Under the pieces are notes generated by a model. It ran no database searches. It was not told the DNA's origin and worked only from the letters and a program-made list of their open reading frames with translations. From Candidatus Levyibacteriota bacterium (lineage in GTDB: Bacteria > Patescibacteriota > Microgenomatia > Levybacterales > GWA1-39-11): 64,000 nt of DNA. This document shows positions 8,749-17,971 of this stretch, in pieces. Both the position numbers and the translations under genes were made by a program. The stretch is taken from assembly GCA_036788695.1 (NCBI GenBank), contig DAIQMY010000001.1, positions 61,860 through 125,859 on the forward strand, in the 5' to 3' direction. Position 1 is the first letter of the stretch; every line of letters begins with the position of its first letter.

Positions 8749-9780
8749 TTACTTCATTACGTATTTTACACCTTTTGTAACTCCTTTTTTGGCTAAAATT
8801 CCTTTTTTCACTAAATCCTGCACTTCGCGCAGTACCGTATCCTCTGAAACCATAGAAAAAAGCGTTGCATACATTTTGTTCTCAATATATCCATTTGCTT
8901 TTATGTATTCAACTATTTTTAGTTGCCTATCTGATAGCATTACTGGACCACCTAGTTTTTTTCGAAGCGTTGCGTCAGTTGAAATCCCTTCCACTTTCGT
9001 TTTTATTTTTGAAAGCTCAAGAGCTAAACACTCTGTAAAATAGGTAAGCCACAAGGTCTGATCTCCCTTTTCTTTTTCAACGCTTTGGAGAGCACTATAG
9101 TACTCCTGAGCATTCCTGTCAAAATGCTCCTCAAGAGAAAAGAATTGTCTTGTATCATACCCCTCCTGAAACAAAACAAGCGTAGAAAGCGCACGCCCCA
9201 CTCTTCCATTTCCGTCAAGAAATGGATGGATTCTTACAAATTCATAGTGAACTACTCCCGCCTTTAGTACTGGATGCATCTCATGCTCTTCTTCTATAAA
9301 CTGTATGAGTTCTTTTACCTGCCATGGAACTTCAATTGTTTTAGGAGGCCGAAAAGAAACTTCTCCGGTAATTGAATTTTTAATAACCACATCACGATCT
9401 CTATAATCCCCCATCTTATCCATTGGTAAAATGTTTGCCACCACTATTTTATGTAATTGTTTTATAACATCTTCATCAATTCTCTTACCCATAGTTCTAC
9501 CCATGTACTCCACTACTCGTCTGTAATTTATAACCTCCTGAACATCTCTGTTTCTTGCTACAATATTTTCTCCATCTAAAATCTTTTGAACCTGTACTAA
9601 AGACAACTCATTCCCCTCTATGTGCGTTCCATAATGAACAGTTCTTACAACAGCCTCATCTTGGAATTTCTTTTCCCAATATGGTAATAGTGGCGCGTTT
9701 TCTATAACTTCACGAGCCGCCTCAATACTACCTATATTTTTTAAAATGGAGTTAGTTATGGAAAAAGTGGGTAAATACAT
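8749..9780 (-). CDS. Fic-family protein (AMPylase/adenylyltransferase) with Fic_N-like N-terminus and C-terminal winged-helix
   Basis: Canonical Fic motif HPFLDGNGRVGR (HxFx[D/E]GNGRxxR). C-terminal wHTH-like segment DRQLKIVEYIKANGYIENKMYATL. Confidence 0.85.
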   Translation of the reverse strand: MYLPTFSITNSILKNIGSIEAAREVIENAPLLPYWEKKFQDEAVVRTVHYGTHIEGNELSLVQVQKILDGENIVARNRDVQEVINYRRVVEYMGRTMGKRIDEDVIKQLHKIVVANILPMDKMGDYRDRDVVIKNSITGEVSFRPPKTIEVPWQVKELIQFIEEEHEMHPVLKAGVVHYEFVRIHPFLDGNGRVGRALSTLVLFQEGYDTRQFFSLEEHFDRNAQEYYSALQSVEKEKGDQTLWLTYFTECLALELSKIKTKVEGISTDATLRKKLGGPVMLSDRQLKIVEYIKANGYIENKMYATLFSMVSEDTVLREVQDLVKKGILAKKGVTKGVKYVMK

Positions 9781-9829
9781 GTATAAAGCTTTTTTGCCTT
9801 TTGAATTGGCTTATTGTATTATACAATAC

Positions 9830-10108
9830 ATGGCTGAAAAGAAAGAAACCCCAAAACAAAAACGTCTTCATATTGAATTGGTTCGACAGCTTCTAACGCT
9901 TGCCACAGCCGGATTCGGATTAGTAGCAGCGCTTGCATGGAATTCACTCATTCAAGAAGCAGTAAATACATATATCAAGCCGTATTTCCCCAATGGAAGT
10001 CTTGTGTCCCTTTTGGTTTACGCGCTTATTGTAACCTCTCTTGCAGTTTTCATAACATACCAACTTTCAAAAATTCTACAAAGACTCGACAATAAGTCAG
10101 GCAAATGA
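9830..10108 (+). CDS. Small two-helix membrane protein (hypothetical)
   Basis: The ORF is open from 9746, but that start overlaps the Fic start. ATG at 9830 (MAEKKETPKQK...) gives a 92-aa protein with two hydrophobic helices. Its stop overlaps the recF start (ATGA). Confidence 0.35.
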   Translation: MAEKKETPKQKRLHIELVRQLLTLATAGFGLVAALAWNSLIQEAVNTYIKPYFPNGSLVSLLVYALIVTSLAVFITYQLSKILQRLDNKSGK

Positions 10109-11151
10109 TCGTTACAAAAATAACTCTCAAGCAGTTTCGAAGCCATCACAAAAAAACGTTTGAATTTGGCCCCACAACCATTATTATTGGGAAAAACACT
10201 GCGGGAAAATCCAACATTTTAGAGGCGCTCTATGTTCTGTCCCATGGAACTTCTTTTAGGGCAGCACGTGACGCAGATATGATAGAAAATGGCTATGAAT
10301 TTGCCAGAATTGAGGGACAGGTGAAAGACACTACTGATTCAACAAATCTTGCAACTATTTTAGCACTTCAAAACAACTATCTTTCAAAAAAATATCTGGT
10401 AAATGATGTGCCCCGTGCTTTAAGAACTTTTTCAGATTATCTGTATACCGTCCTTTTTACACCACAAGATATTGAAATTGTAACTGCCTCTCCTGGGGGG
10501 CGAAGACGATATATAGATTCAATTCTTTCCAAGTCACACAAAGAATATAGGGTAGCTTTCAGCCGCTATGAAAAAGCGCTACGACAAAGAAACCGTATGC
10601 TTTCAGACATGAAAAATGGCCGTAAAACATACCAACAAGGAGATTTTGAGTTCTGGGAAAAACTCTTAATTGAACATGGTACAACCATTCATGAGTTTAG
10701 ACGTGGGTTTGTGGAATATGTAAACGGCTCACAGAAGCAGATATTTGATTTTGAAATGCATTATGACCACAGTATTATCTCAATTGAACGGCTTTTTAAG
10801 TATCATTTTGAAGAACGTGCAGCAGGCGTGACACTGGTTGGGCCACAGCGGGATGATTTTCAATTTTTTTATGCAAATACTAAACAAGAAGTAAAAGAAT
10901 ACGGGTCACGTGGTGAACAACGGCTTACGGTGTTGCAACTTAAACTACTTGAGATTGAATATTTAAAAGCCAGAACAGGGGCAATTCCAGTGTTACTACT
11001 AGATGACATATTTTCAGAGTTAGATAATGAAAACATAGATAAGATCTATCACTTTTTAGAGGGCCAGCAGACTATAATTACCACAACCCACAAAGAATTT
11101 GTGCCTGCAAAAATATTAAAACAAGGGGATTTGAAAATTATTGAGTTATAA
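10105..11151 (+). CDS. recF: DNA replication/repair protein RecF
   Basis: Walker A GKNTAGKSN near the N-terminus. C-terminal LLLDDIFSELD Walker B / D-loop. ~348 aa SMC-like ABC ATPase typical of RecF. Confidence 0.8.
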   Translation: MIVTKITLKQFRSHHKKTFEFGPTTIIIGKNTAGKSNILEALYVLSHGTSFRAARDADMIENGYEFARIEGQVKDTTDSTNLATILALQNNYLSKKYLVNDVPRALRTFSDYLYTVLFTPQDIEIVTASPGGRRRYIDSILSKSHKEYRVAFSRYEKALRQRNRMLSDMKNGRKTYQQGDFEFWEKLLIEHGTTIHEFRRGFVEYVNGSQKQIFDFEMHYDHSIISIERLFKYHFEERAAGVTLVGPQRDDFQFFYANTKQEVKEYGSRGEQRLTVLQLKLLEIEYLKARTGAIPVLLLDDIFSELDNENIDKIYHFLEGQQTIITTTHKEFVPAKILKQGDLKIIEL

Positions 11152-11994
11152 GAGTTCTTTCATCACCTTTGGAATTTTATTTGCCAAGTCTGAGGCGTTG
11201 AAGTAAATTCCCATACTTTTTTCAAGTTCCTCTCCTGCTTTTTTATTTATATAACTTGCAGCACAGGCAACCAAAAATGGATCATCATTCTTGCAATAAA
11301 GTGAGGCTGTAAGACCTGCTAGCACATCTCCCGTCCCACCTTTTGTCATTCCAGCGTTTCCTCCTGGAATAGAAACAATATCTGTGGGAGATGCAACGAT
11401 ATCGACTTCACCTTTTAACAAAACAGTGCAATGATACACCTCTGCAAACAACTTCACCAACTGCTCTATCGGCTCATTTCCAGAAGAAGGAACTGGAAGA
11501 ATCTTTAAATTTTCAAATTCTTTTTTATGAGGGGTGAGAATGGGCATTTGAGTAAGTTCTAAAAGAATTTTTGGATCCATTACTTGCAGGCTCCCCCCAT
11601 CGATCACCCACCTTTTATCTGGATACGTTTTTAAAAGTCTTTCTGTGAGTTCTTTTGTGTCATCATCACTTCCCCCTCTTCCATCTGGTCTGGGAAGTCC
11701 GGGGCCAATTAAAACACAATCTGCTTCTTTGATGTAGGAATCAAGATTATCCCGTCTCACAACTATCCCATTCCTAAAGTCTTCCTTGGCCTTCTGAACA
11801 ATTTCATTGTTCTCAGGAACTGATGAGTAAAACACCATGTCTAGCATTCTTGAGGCGACGGTTAAAGGCCACAGTGACGCTGCATGAAACAAAGTGGAAC
11901 CTGCAATTATAAGAAGCTTTCCATTCTGTCCTTTATGGGAATCTGCTGCAGGCATATATAATTTTTTTAGATTTTCTAAGTTAAATTCTTTCAT
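11146..11994 (-). CDS. NAD(P)H-hydrate dehydratase (YjeF C-terminal / Nnr2 family)
   Basis: HKGQNGKLLIIAGS motif and a C-terminal GGxGDVLAG-type segment (GGTGDVLAGL), as in ADP-dependent NAD(P)HX dehydratases. Confidence 0.7.
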   Translation of the reverse strand: MKEFNLENLKKLYMPAADSHKGQNGKLLIIAGSTLFHAASLWPLTVASRMLDMVFYSSVPENNEIVQKAKEDFRNGIVVRRDNLDSYIKEADCVLIGPGLPRPDGRGGSDDDTKELTERLLKTYPDKRWVIDGGSLQVMDPKILLELTQMPILTPHKKEFENLKILPVPSSGNEPIEQLVKLFAEVYHCTVLLKGEVDIVASPTDIVSIPGGNAGMTKGGTGDVLAGLTASLYCKNDDPFLVACAASYINKKAGEELEKSMGIYFNASDLANKIPKVMKELL

Positions 11995-12692
11995 AATGTT
12001 TTCTTAAACCATTCAGCTATCTTAGCAATTCCAGCATCTTGCGCTTTTATATCTTGTTTCAAACTATGTGGTGCGCCTTTTAAAACAAATTTCTCTTTTA
12101 GGCGGGCTTTCTGGGTTTTTTTTACATATTCTTCAACCATTTCCTTCGGTACAACCGTATCAAGCTCATGAAAAACTACTAATAGGTCCCCCGTAAATTT
12201 TGAGATCGCGTCATATGAATCGCTCTCATAAAAATTCCCCCTCTTGTCATCAGCCACGTCGTGGGTCATTTCTAGTCCTTCGCGGGAATAGGCAGATGGA
12301 GCCATAAGCATGAGAGAGGTGAAGCTATACTCTTCAGCCAGAAGTGCAGCAAGAAAGCCTCCGTAGCTTCCACCGCAAATGCCTCTTCTTGAAGTATCCA
12401 ATTCAGGAAATGATAAAAAAGCCTCAATGCCTTTTCTTGCATCCTCTATTCCATCCTTTACGCGCTCCTTTGAAAAATCTCCCGCACTTATCCCACAACC
12501 CGTAAAATTAAATACAAATGCAAGAATCCCCTCCTTCTGAAGAAGAGGGGCAGCTTTATAAAATGTCTCTGCTCTTGATCCGCTCCCATGAAATAAAATA
12601 ACCCCCGGGAAAGGACTGTTGTTGCCATTTGGAATAAAAACAGTACCCCTTAGAATGTTTTCTCCTGATTTAAATTCAACTTTCCGCTCCAT
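11991..12692 (-). CDS. Alpha/beta hydrolase (dienelactone hydrolase / S9-peptidase-like esterase)
   Basis: GGSYGG nucleophile elbow. HGSGS oxyanion-region motif near the N-terminus. C-terminal His (GAPHSL). Confidence 0.55.
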   Translation of the reverse strand: MERKVEFKSGENILRGTVFIPNGNNSPFPGVILFHGSGSRAETFYKAAPLLQKEGILAFVFNFTGCGISAGDFSKERVKDGIEDARKGIEAFLSFPELDTSRRGICGGSYGGFLAALLAEEYSFTSLMLMAPSAYSREGLEMTHDVADDKRGNFYESDSYDAISKFTGDLLVVFHELDTVVPKEMVEEYVKKTQKARLKEKFVLKGAPHSLKQDIKAQDAGIAKIAEWFKKTL

Positions 12693-12814
12693 AAATGCAT
12701 TATACTAACTTTAAATTTGAAATTCTCAATTTGAATTGAATTTTGAAGATTGAAGATTTGAGAATTAATTTTGAGTAATAAAATTGTAAATTTTAAATCA
12801 GAGCGAGGTGACTG

Positions 12815-13525
12815 TTACTCACCATCAATCGTTGTGCCAAAAAATTCGCGCCCTTCAAGCGCGTTTTTTATATTTTCAAAATTTTCTCCCTTAATAATAA
12901 CCACCTTAAGACCTAGTTCTTGAGCCTTTTTAGATGCTATAGGGTCAAATGGCATATTCATACCAGGATCCCATGTATCTCCTACAAGCTTTCTAAAGTC
13001 TGTCCAGGTGATATCTTTTATTGGGGTAGCCGTGGGGTCTTTTCTTGGGTCTGCTGTGTATACTTGAGGAATATTTGTTAAATTAAGAATTGTTTTTACA
13101 TTATAATCTTCGCAAATCATAGTCGCACAAAAATCAGTAGACCATCCTGGCTTCCACCCGGCTGCAACAATTACCGGCTCCTCTACTTTTCTTATTATTT
13201 CATAATGCTTTAATACAAACGGATGAGCAATATCACGAAACACCGTTCTTACTAAGTGTGCGTTTAATTTCGTTGCGTGAATCCCAAGCCAATCTAAATC
13301 ATCCGCTGTTAATTCATGTCCTACTACATCTCGCCCCGCATCTCTATATTTTCTTGCAATAGTACCTCCTCCGACAACCAAAAAAAACTGGCGGTTTGGG
13401 TCATGCGCCAGCTCGAGTCTTATAAAGTTATTTAGTTGCTTGAGAAATTCAGTGGATACCCCGCCATCAGGCACCAAGAGAGATCCCCCCACAGAGAGGA
13501 CAATTTTTTGTTTTCCGTTTCCCAT
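12815..13525 (-). CDS. pyrH: Uridylate (UMP) kinase, archaeal-type
   Basis: VLSVGGSLL, VVGGGTIARKY and LTNIPQVYTADPRKDPTATPI align closely with archaeal PyrH (VVGGG..ARKY; NVDGVYTADPKKDPTAK). Ends FGTTIDGE. Confidence 0.8.
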   Translation of the reverse strand: MGNGKQKIVLSVGGSLLVPDGGVSTEFLKQLNNFIRLELAHDPNRQFFLVVGGGTIARKYRDAGRDVVGHELTADDLDWLGIHATKLNAHLVRTVFRDIAHPFVLKHYEIIRKVEEPVIVAAGWKPGWSTDFCATMICEDYNVKTILNLTNIPQVYTADPRKDPTATPIKDITWTDFRKLVGDTWDPGMNMPFDPIASKKAQELGLKVVIIKGENFENIKNALEGREFFGTTIDGE

Positions 13526-13633
13526 ATGTAAATCGACCTTTTTTACTCAAACTGCCACAAGTAGGATAACAAATGAACGTATATAAATCAACACACATTG
13601 CAATTTCCCTCACAAATTACTACTATTAAAGTC

Positions 13634-13774
13634 TATGGATCAACTAAGTGATGTAAGCATTTTAGGATTTCCACTCCAAGACTGTCCAAAATGTAATGAA
13701 ACAATCGGAGCATTCCCTGGGGGACGTGACGCAACATGCGTAAATTGCGGATTCAAAGATCCTTGCTGTGAATA
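13634..13774 (+). CDS. Small zinc-ribbon protein (46 aa; CPKC...CVNC), hypothetical
   Basis: Manual translation gives MDQLSDVSILGFPLQDCPKCNETIGAFPGGRDATCVNCGFKDPCCE. It is below the ORF-track size cutoff. Confidence 0.3.
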
Positions 13775-13795
13775 AACAGTTTATCCTTTATATAT

Positions 13796-14293
13796 ATGAA
13801 CCCTTTTTTTGAAATCATTTTAAGAACAGCTGTCATATACCTTGTCATAATAATTGGCCTTCGGGTGTTTGGGAAAAAAGAACTCACTCAACTTTCTATT
13901 ACTGACCTCGTATTCATCCTTCTCATCTCAAATGCAGTACAAAGCGCTATGATAGGGAATGACACGTCAGTGCTTGGAGGGATAATTGCGGCTCTTTCAC
14001 TTTTTGTTGTAAATTATCTACTAAAAAATGTTTTCTATAAATCAAAAAGAATTAGCGAATTTTTCCAAGGAGACCCACTCATGCTTGTATACCATGGTAA
14101 ACCGATCGTTGATCATATGGCTAAGGCAAAAATTACTATGGATGAGTTAGAGGCAGTTGTCCGTGAGCACGGAGTAAATAAGATTTCAGACGTAGATTTA
14201 GCAGTGCTTGAGATAGACGGCAATATCAGCATTCTTTCGGAAGATTTCAAAAAAATCACATCAAAAAAGATAAATAAAAATAAGGAATACTAA
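13796..14293 (+). CDS. DUF421 (YetF-like) membrane protein
   Basis: N-terminal TM helices plus the GLRVFGKKELTQLSITDLVFILLISNAV pattern typical of DUF421. Soluble C-terminal domain. Confidence 0.6.
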   Translation: MNPFFEIILRTAVIYLVIIIGLRVFGKKELTQLSITDLVFILLISNAVQSAMIGNDTSVLGGIIAALSLFVVNYLLKNVFYKSKRISEFFQGDPLMLVYHGKPIVDHMAKAKITMDELEAVVREHGVNKISDVDLAVLEIDGNISILSEDFKKITSKKINKNKEY

Positions 14294-14358
14294 ATAAAAT
14301 ATTTTCTTTTGCCTCAGCCTTATAGAAATTCACTCCTACGTCATGCTACAATTGTCCT

Positions 14359-14910
14359 ATGGCTCAACTACAAACAGCAACACTTGCAGGGGGCTGTTTT
14401 TGGTGTACGGAGGCAATTTTTAAACGTCTCAAGGGTGTAGAAAATGTAATTTCAGGATATTCTGGAGGGGCAAGACCAAACCCAACCTATGAACAAGTCT
14501 CTTCTGAGGCAACAGGACATGCAGAGGCAATACAAATAGAGTTTGACCCAGCAATAATTTCATATGAAAAAATTCTTGAGATTTTTTTCCATTTCCATGA
14601 CCCAACAACGTTAAACAGACAAGGAAGTGATGAAGGAACTCAATACCGCTCTGCTGTCTTTTATCACACGAAAGAGCAAGAACAAATAGCTGAACACGTG
14701 AAGCAGGAAATTACTAATGAGGGGAAGTTTAAAGATGCAATAGTTACAGAAATTGTTCCTTTTGAGGCTTTTTACCCGGCTGAAGAAGAGCACCAGAACT
14801 ACTATGATACAAATACCAGTAAAGGATACTGCAACTACATAATCACTCCTAAAATTCAAAAATTATTAAAAGAGTATTCCAAAGAAGTGAAAAAAGAATA
14901 CCTAAGTTAA
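14359..14910 (+). CDS. msrA: Peptide-methionine (S)-S-oxide reductase MsrA
   Basis: GGCFWC active-site motif at the N-terminus and conserved EHQNYY region. Confidence 0.9.
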   Translation: MAQLQTATLAGGCFWCTEAIFKRLKGVENVISGYSGGARPNPTYEQVSSEATGHAEAIQIEFDPAIISYEKILEIFFHFHDPTTLNRQGSDEGTQYRSAVFYHTKEQEQIAEHVKQEITNEGKFKDAIVTEIVPFEAFYPAEEEHQNYYDTNTSKGYCNYIITPKIQKLLKEYSKEVKKEYLS

Positions 14911-14920
14911 GTACCCCCTC

Positions 14921-16348
14921 TTGCATTCTCGTAAGACACCATGCTACGCTTGTTATATGAGGATAAAAATCTTCGTTATTCTTCTCGTTGGGATAATCGT
15001 TCTTCTTCTGGGAACTGTCGGAATATTACTTTATCAAGCAAAATCACAGCAGAATACAAAAACTGAAACAAAAACCGCTTCCATAAGCGGAAAATTTAAT
15101 ATAAATGGTATCATTCCGGAAGGTGCATCTATAACGCTTACTCAAAAACAGATAGGAAAAACAGGCGCAACTCAAAAAATATTTGCTTCAAATTTGCCGG
15201 TTGCAGATCAGTCTCTTTGGAGCTTTAACACTGCACAAGAAAACGAGGAATATGAAATACAAGCACAAGTTGTTGTGGGACAAAACATAGTTGCATCATC
15301 AGACGTGCTTTTCGTAACTGCACCAGCAGATGACGAGACACTTACTGTAAACATTGAGTCAGAAAAACATACTCCTAACGCAGTTATTTCAGGAAACATC
15401 ATAATAAATGGATATATCCCCAATGGCGCAACAATTACTATCAAAGGAAGAAAGCTTGGCGCACAACAATTTACAACAGTTACGCAAAACCTTCCTGCAG
15501 CGTCACGTCAATTTATGAATTACACAACGGCACTAAGCGGTACAACATATGAAGTGGAAGGTATCCTTTTAACCTCAACAGGAACAGTAATTGGAACATC
15601 AAATATTATAACGCTCACAGCTCCTGCTGGAAACGAAGAGTTGATCATAAATTCTTCATCTCAACCTCCTCTTACCCCTACGCCTACTCCTTCAACGCAA
15701 ACAACAGTTGCTACTCCTACTCCTATCCCCCAGGGGGCAGCGATTTCAGGGGGTATAAATTTAAATGGAGCAGTACCTGCAAACTCCAGGATTGTAATCT
15801 TCCAACAAACCCAAAACAATCCCTCCTATCAGGTAGCTGTAAATAATGTCTCTCCTATGGACGGCGCAACTTGGAGTTGGGGAAGCGCCCAAAATGGAAC
15901 ATGGTATACGCTCATTGCAGTATTAAAGCAACACAATGCTGATGGAACAGATACGGATATAGCAACCTCCTCCCCCATAACAGTTGCTGCTCCTGCTTCA
16001 AATGTTATCTTTACTCTCAATTCTACAGTCTCACTCTCATCTCCTGGTGGACCAATATCTGTTTCTTGCCAAACATATAACGGAGGACCAAACCAAAATA
16101 CGTGGAATGTCGCAATTACTTTCCAATCCATTCCCGGAGCCCAATCCTATTGGTATCAAGTAGGAAGTACAAGTGGAAGCAACAATCTTGTTAACACTGC
16201 GAATCAATCAAATACAATTACAGCAACTTTCAGCAATAACACGACCTACTATGCAAGGTACGCCTATACAAACGTCCCCTCAACCCCGCTTGGATCCCCA
16301 CAATGGTCCGGCTTCTCGTCTTCTACTCCCCTTCAATGCAGCCATTAA
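14921..16348 (+). CDS. Surface-anchored repeat protein: N-terminal TM anchor, three ~100-aa tandem beta-rich repeats, Thr/Pro linker, C-terminal Cys-flanked domain
   Basis: Repeats start GKFNINGIIPEGASITL / GNIIINGYIPNGATITI / GGINLNGAVPANSRIVI. Linker is PPLTPTPTPSTQTTVATPTPIP. C-terminal domain has a CQ...CSH pair. The real start is probably MRIKIFVILLVG at 14957. Confidence 0.5.
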   Translation: MHSRKTPCYACYMRIKIFVILLVGIIVLLLGTVGILLYQAKSQQNTKTETKTASISGKFNINGIIPEGASITLTQKQIGKTGATQKIFASNLPVADQSLWSFNTAQENEEYEIQAQVVVGQNIVASSDVLFVTAPADDETLTVNIESEKHTPNAVISGNIIINGYIPNGATITIKGRKLGAQQFTTVTQNLPAASRQFMNYTTALSGTTYEVEGILLTSTGTVIGTSNIITLTAPAGNEELIINSSSQPPLTPTPTPSTQTTVATPTPIPQGAAISGGINLNGAVPANSRIVIFQQTQNNPSYQVAVNNVSPMDGATWSWGSAQNGTWYTLIAVLKQHNADGTDTDIATSSPITVAAPASNVIFTLNSTVSLSSPGGPISVSCQTYNGGPNQNTWNVAITFQSIPGAQSYWYQVGSTSGSNNLVNTANQSNTITATFSNNTTYYARYAYTNVPSTPLGSPQWSGFSSSTPLQCSH

Positions 16349-17950
16349 TTAGTTAATCTTATTCGTTACGTCTATAAATTTGTAATAATTATTTTCATCC
16401 TGGAAAATATAGTTTCTGTCTTCCAAGAGTGGGTAGTCTTCGTGAAAGTATTCATTAAATAAAATTCTGAAAGTGTTAACAGGAGTAATAGTCTGATAAA
16501 GGCTTGTTGTCTTTTTGCCGGGGAAATAATAGGCATTCAGGATGGGAAATTTTTCCCGCAATGAAGCTGTTTCTGCCGTTCCCCATGATTGGTGTTGCGG
16601 AAGTGGTACGTTCATGGGAAAAGGTCCTTCATCAGCCTGCAAAATAATAACAGGTGGATTTTTAGAATTTTTTAGAACCTTACCAATCGTATCTTTTATC
16701 ATGGAATTTGTGCATAGTATTTGATTTTTATAGTTCTCCTGATGATGCATTGTGTTTACAATCTTTTCAGAGATTGGATTGCAATTCTTATCAAAAACAA
16801 AAGGGTCATGAGGCAGTAATATATGCGTAAACACAAATTTTGGACCCTTCATCTGGGGTATTTTGTCAAATGCTTTAAATTCATAAAGAGCCGTAGATCT
16901 ATGAATATTGTTTTGAGGATCTAAAGACACATCCATGGGGTCGTGAAAAATATACTGAAAGATTGGGGATACGGCAGTAATATTTAGATATCCGGTTGTA
17001 AATTCATCAGAATTAAAATATCCTTTTTTTGGCAAAAATATATTTACATCAGCACTCGGATTTATTCTGGTAGGCTCCCACCATGAACCAACGTTTATAA
17101 CGCTATACCCTCGTTTTTTTAAAAACTCTAGCACTTTACTGTTGCGTATATATGGCGTCACAATAGACTCATCCCCTGATGCCCCACCGTTTGTCTTGTC
17201 TGTTAAAAAATCCATATACTCCATATTCAAAGATGACGCTAAAGACAAAAATGTCTTCGGATAGTTTGTTGTAGAGGAAGATGCGACATAAAACCCCTTG
17301 CTCTCAAGATAGGAAAGTAATGAACTATTATCAAAATTGTATTCCTCAGATAATGATTTTTGACCTGCATATCTATCAAGGATAAAATAATAGATATCAG
17401 GATCTGAAGATGATGCTTTTTTAATGTCTGTTTTAACAATTGGTGAGTGGTTGATACCACTCCAACCTCTTTTTGCCCTTAACTCAAAATTGACAATAGT
17501 AACTGAGGAAAAAAGAACTAATCCTAAAAATAAATATGTTAATAACTTATTTAACAGAATAAGTCTTTTTTTGTATTTCCTTGAAACACATGAGACTAGG
17601 AGAACAATAACAAAAATGCTTATGACGCTTGTTGCATTATGAGGAATTGATATCCCGCCAAAACGTAAATCCTGCTCTATTAAGACTGAAAACAATCTAC
17701 TATATGAGAGTACTACAAACACAATTGTTGAGGCAACCACTGTTGAGATTTCTTTTTTTTTAAATACTAAGTACGTTGCTGCTGAAACAAAAACTGCAAA
17801 TAACAATGCCAACGCAATAGGTATGGGCAAAACGCTTAACGTATATTGACGAAGATTATTTGCATACAAAAAAAGCACCGTATAAATTGCGATGAGATAT
17901 GGGGAGGAGAAAATATAGTTTTCTTTTACAAATGCCCCGAATCGTTTCAT
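16349..17950 (-). CDS. Polytopic membrane protein with extracytoplasmic sulfatase/LTA-synthase-like (alkaline-phosphatase superfamily) domain
   Basis: ~5 N-terminal TM helices, then a ~350-aa soluble domain. The assignment rests on architecture and weak motif resemblance only. Confidence 0.4.
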   Translation of the reverse strand: MKRFGAFVKENYIFSSPYLIAIYTVLFLYANNLRQYTLSVLPIPIALALLFAVFVSAATYLVFKKKEISTVVASTIVFVVLSYSRLFSVLIEQDLRFGGISIPHNATSVISIFVIVLLVSCVSRKYKKRLILLNKLLTYLFLGLVLFSSVTIVNFELRAKRGWSGINHSPIVKTDIKKASSSDPDIYYFILDRYAGQKSLSEEYNFDNSSLLSYLESKGFYVASSSTTNYPKTFLSLASSLNMEYMDFLTDKTNGGASGDESIVTPYIRNSKVLEFLKKRGYSVINVGSWWEPTRINPSADVNIFLPKKGYFNSDEFTTGYLNITAVSPIFQYIFHDPMDVSLDPQNNIHRSTALYEFKAFDKIPQMKGPKFVFTHILLPHDPFVFDKNCNPISEKIVNTMHHQENYKNQILCTNSMIKDTIGKVLKNSKNPPVIILQADEGPFPMNVPLPQHQSWGTAETASLREKFPILNAYYFPGKKTTSLYQTITPVNTFRILFNEYFHEDYPLLEDRNYIFQDENNYYKFIDVTNKIN

Positions 17951-17971
17951 GAAATACCTTTGACAAAGCTC

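Noticed and set aside
12693-12814. Possible CRISPR array or DnaA-box cluster in the AT-rich repeat region
   Set aside because: There is no regular repeat-spacer periodicity and no TTATCCACA-like boxes. The repeat units are short and degenerate.
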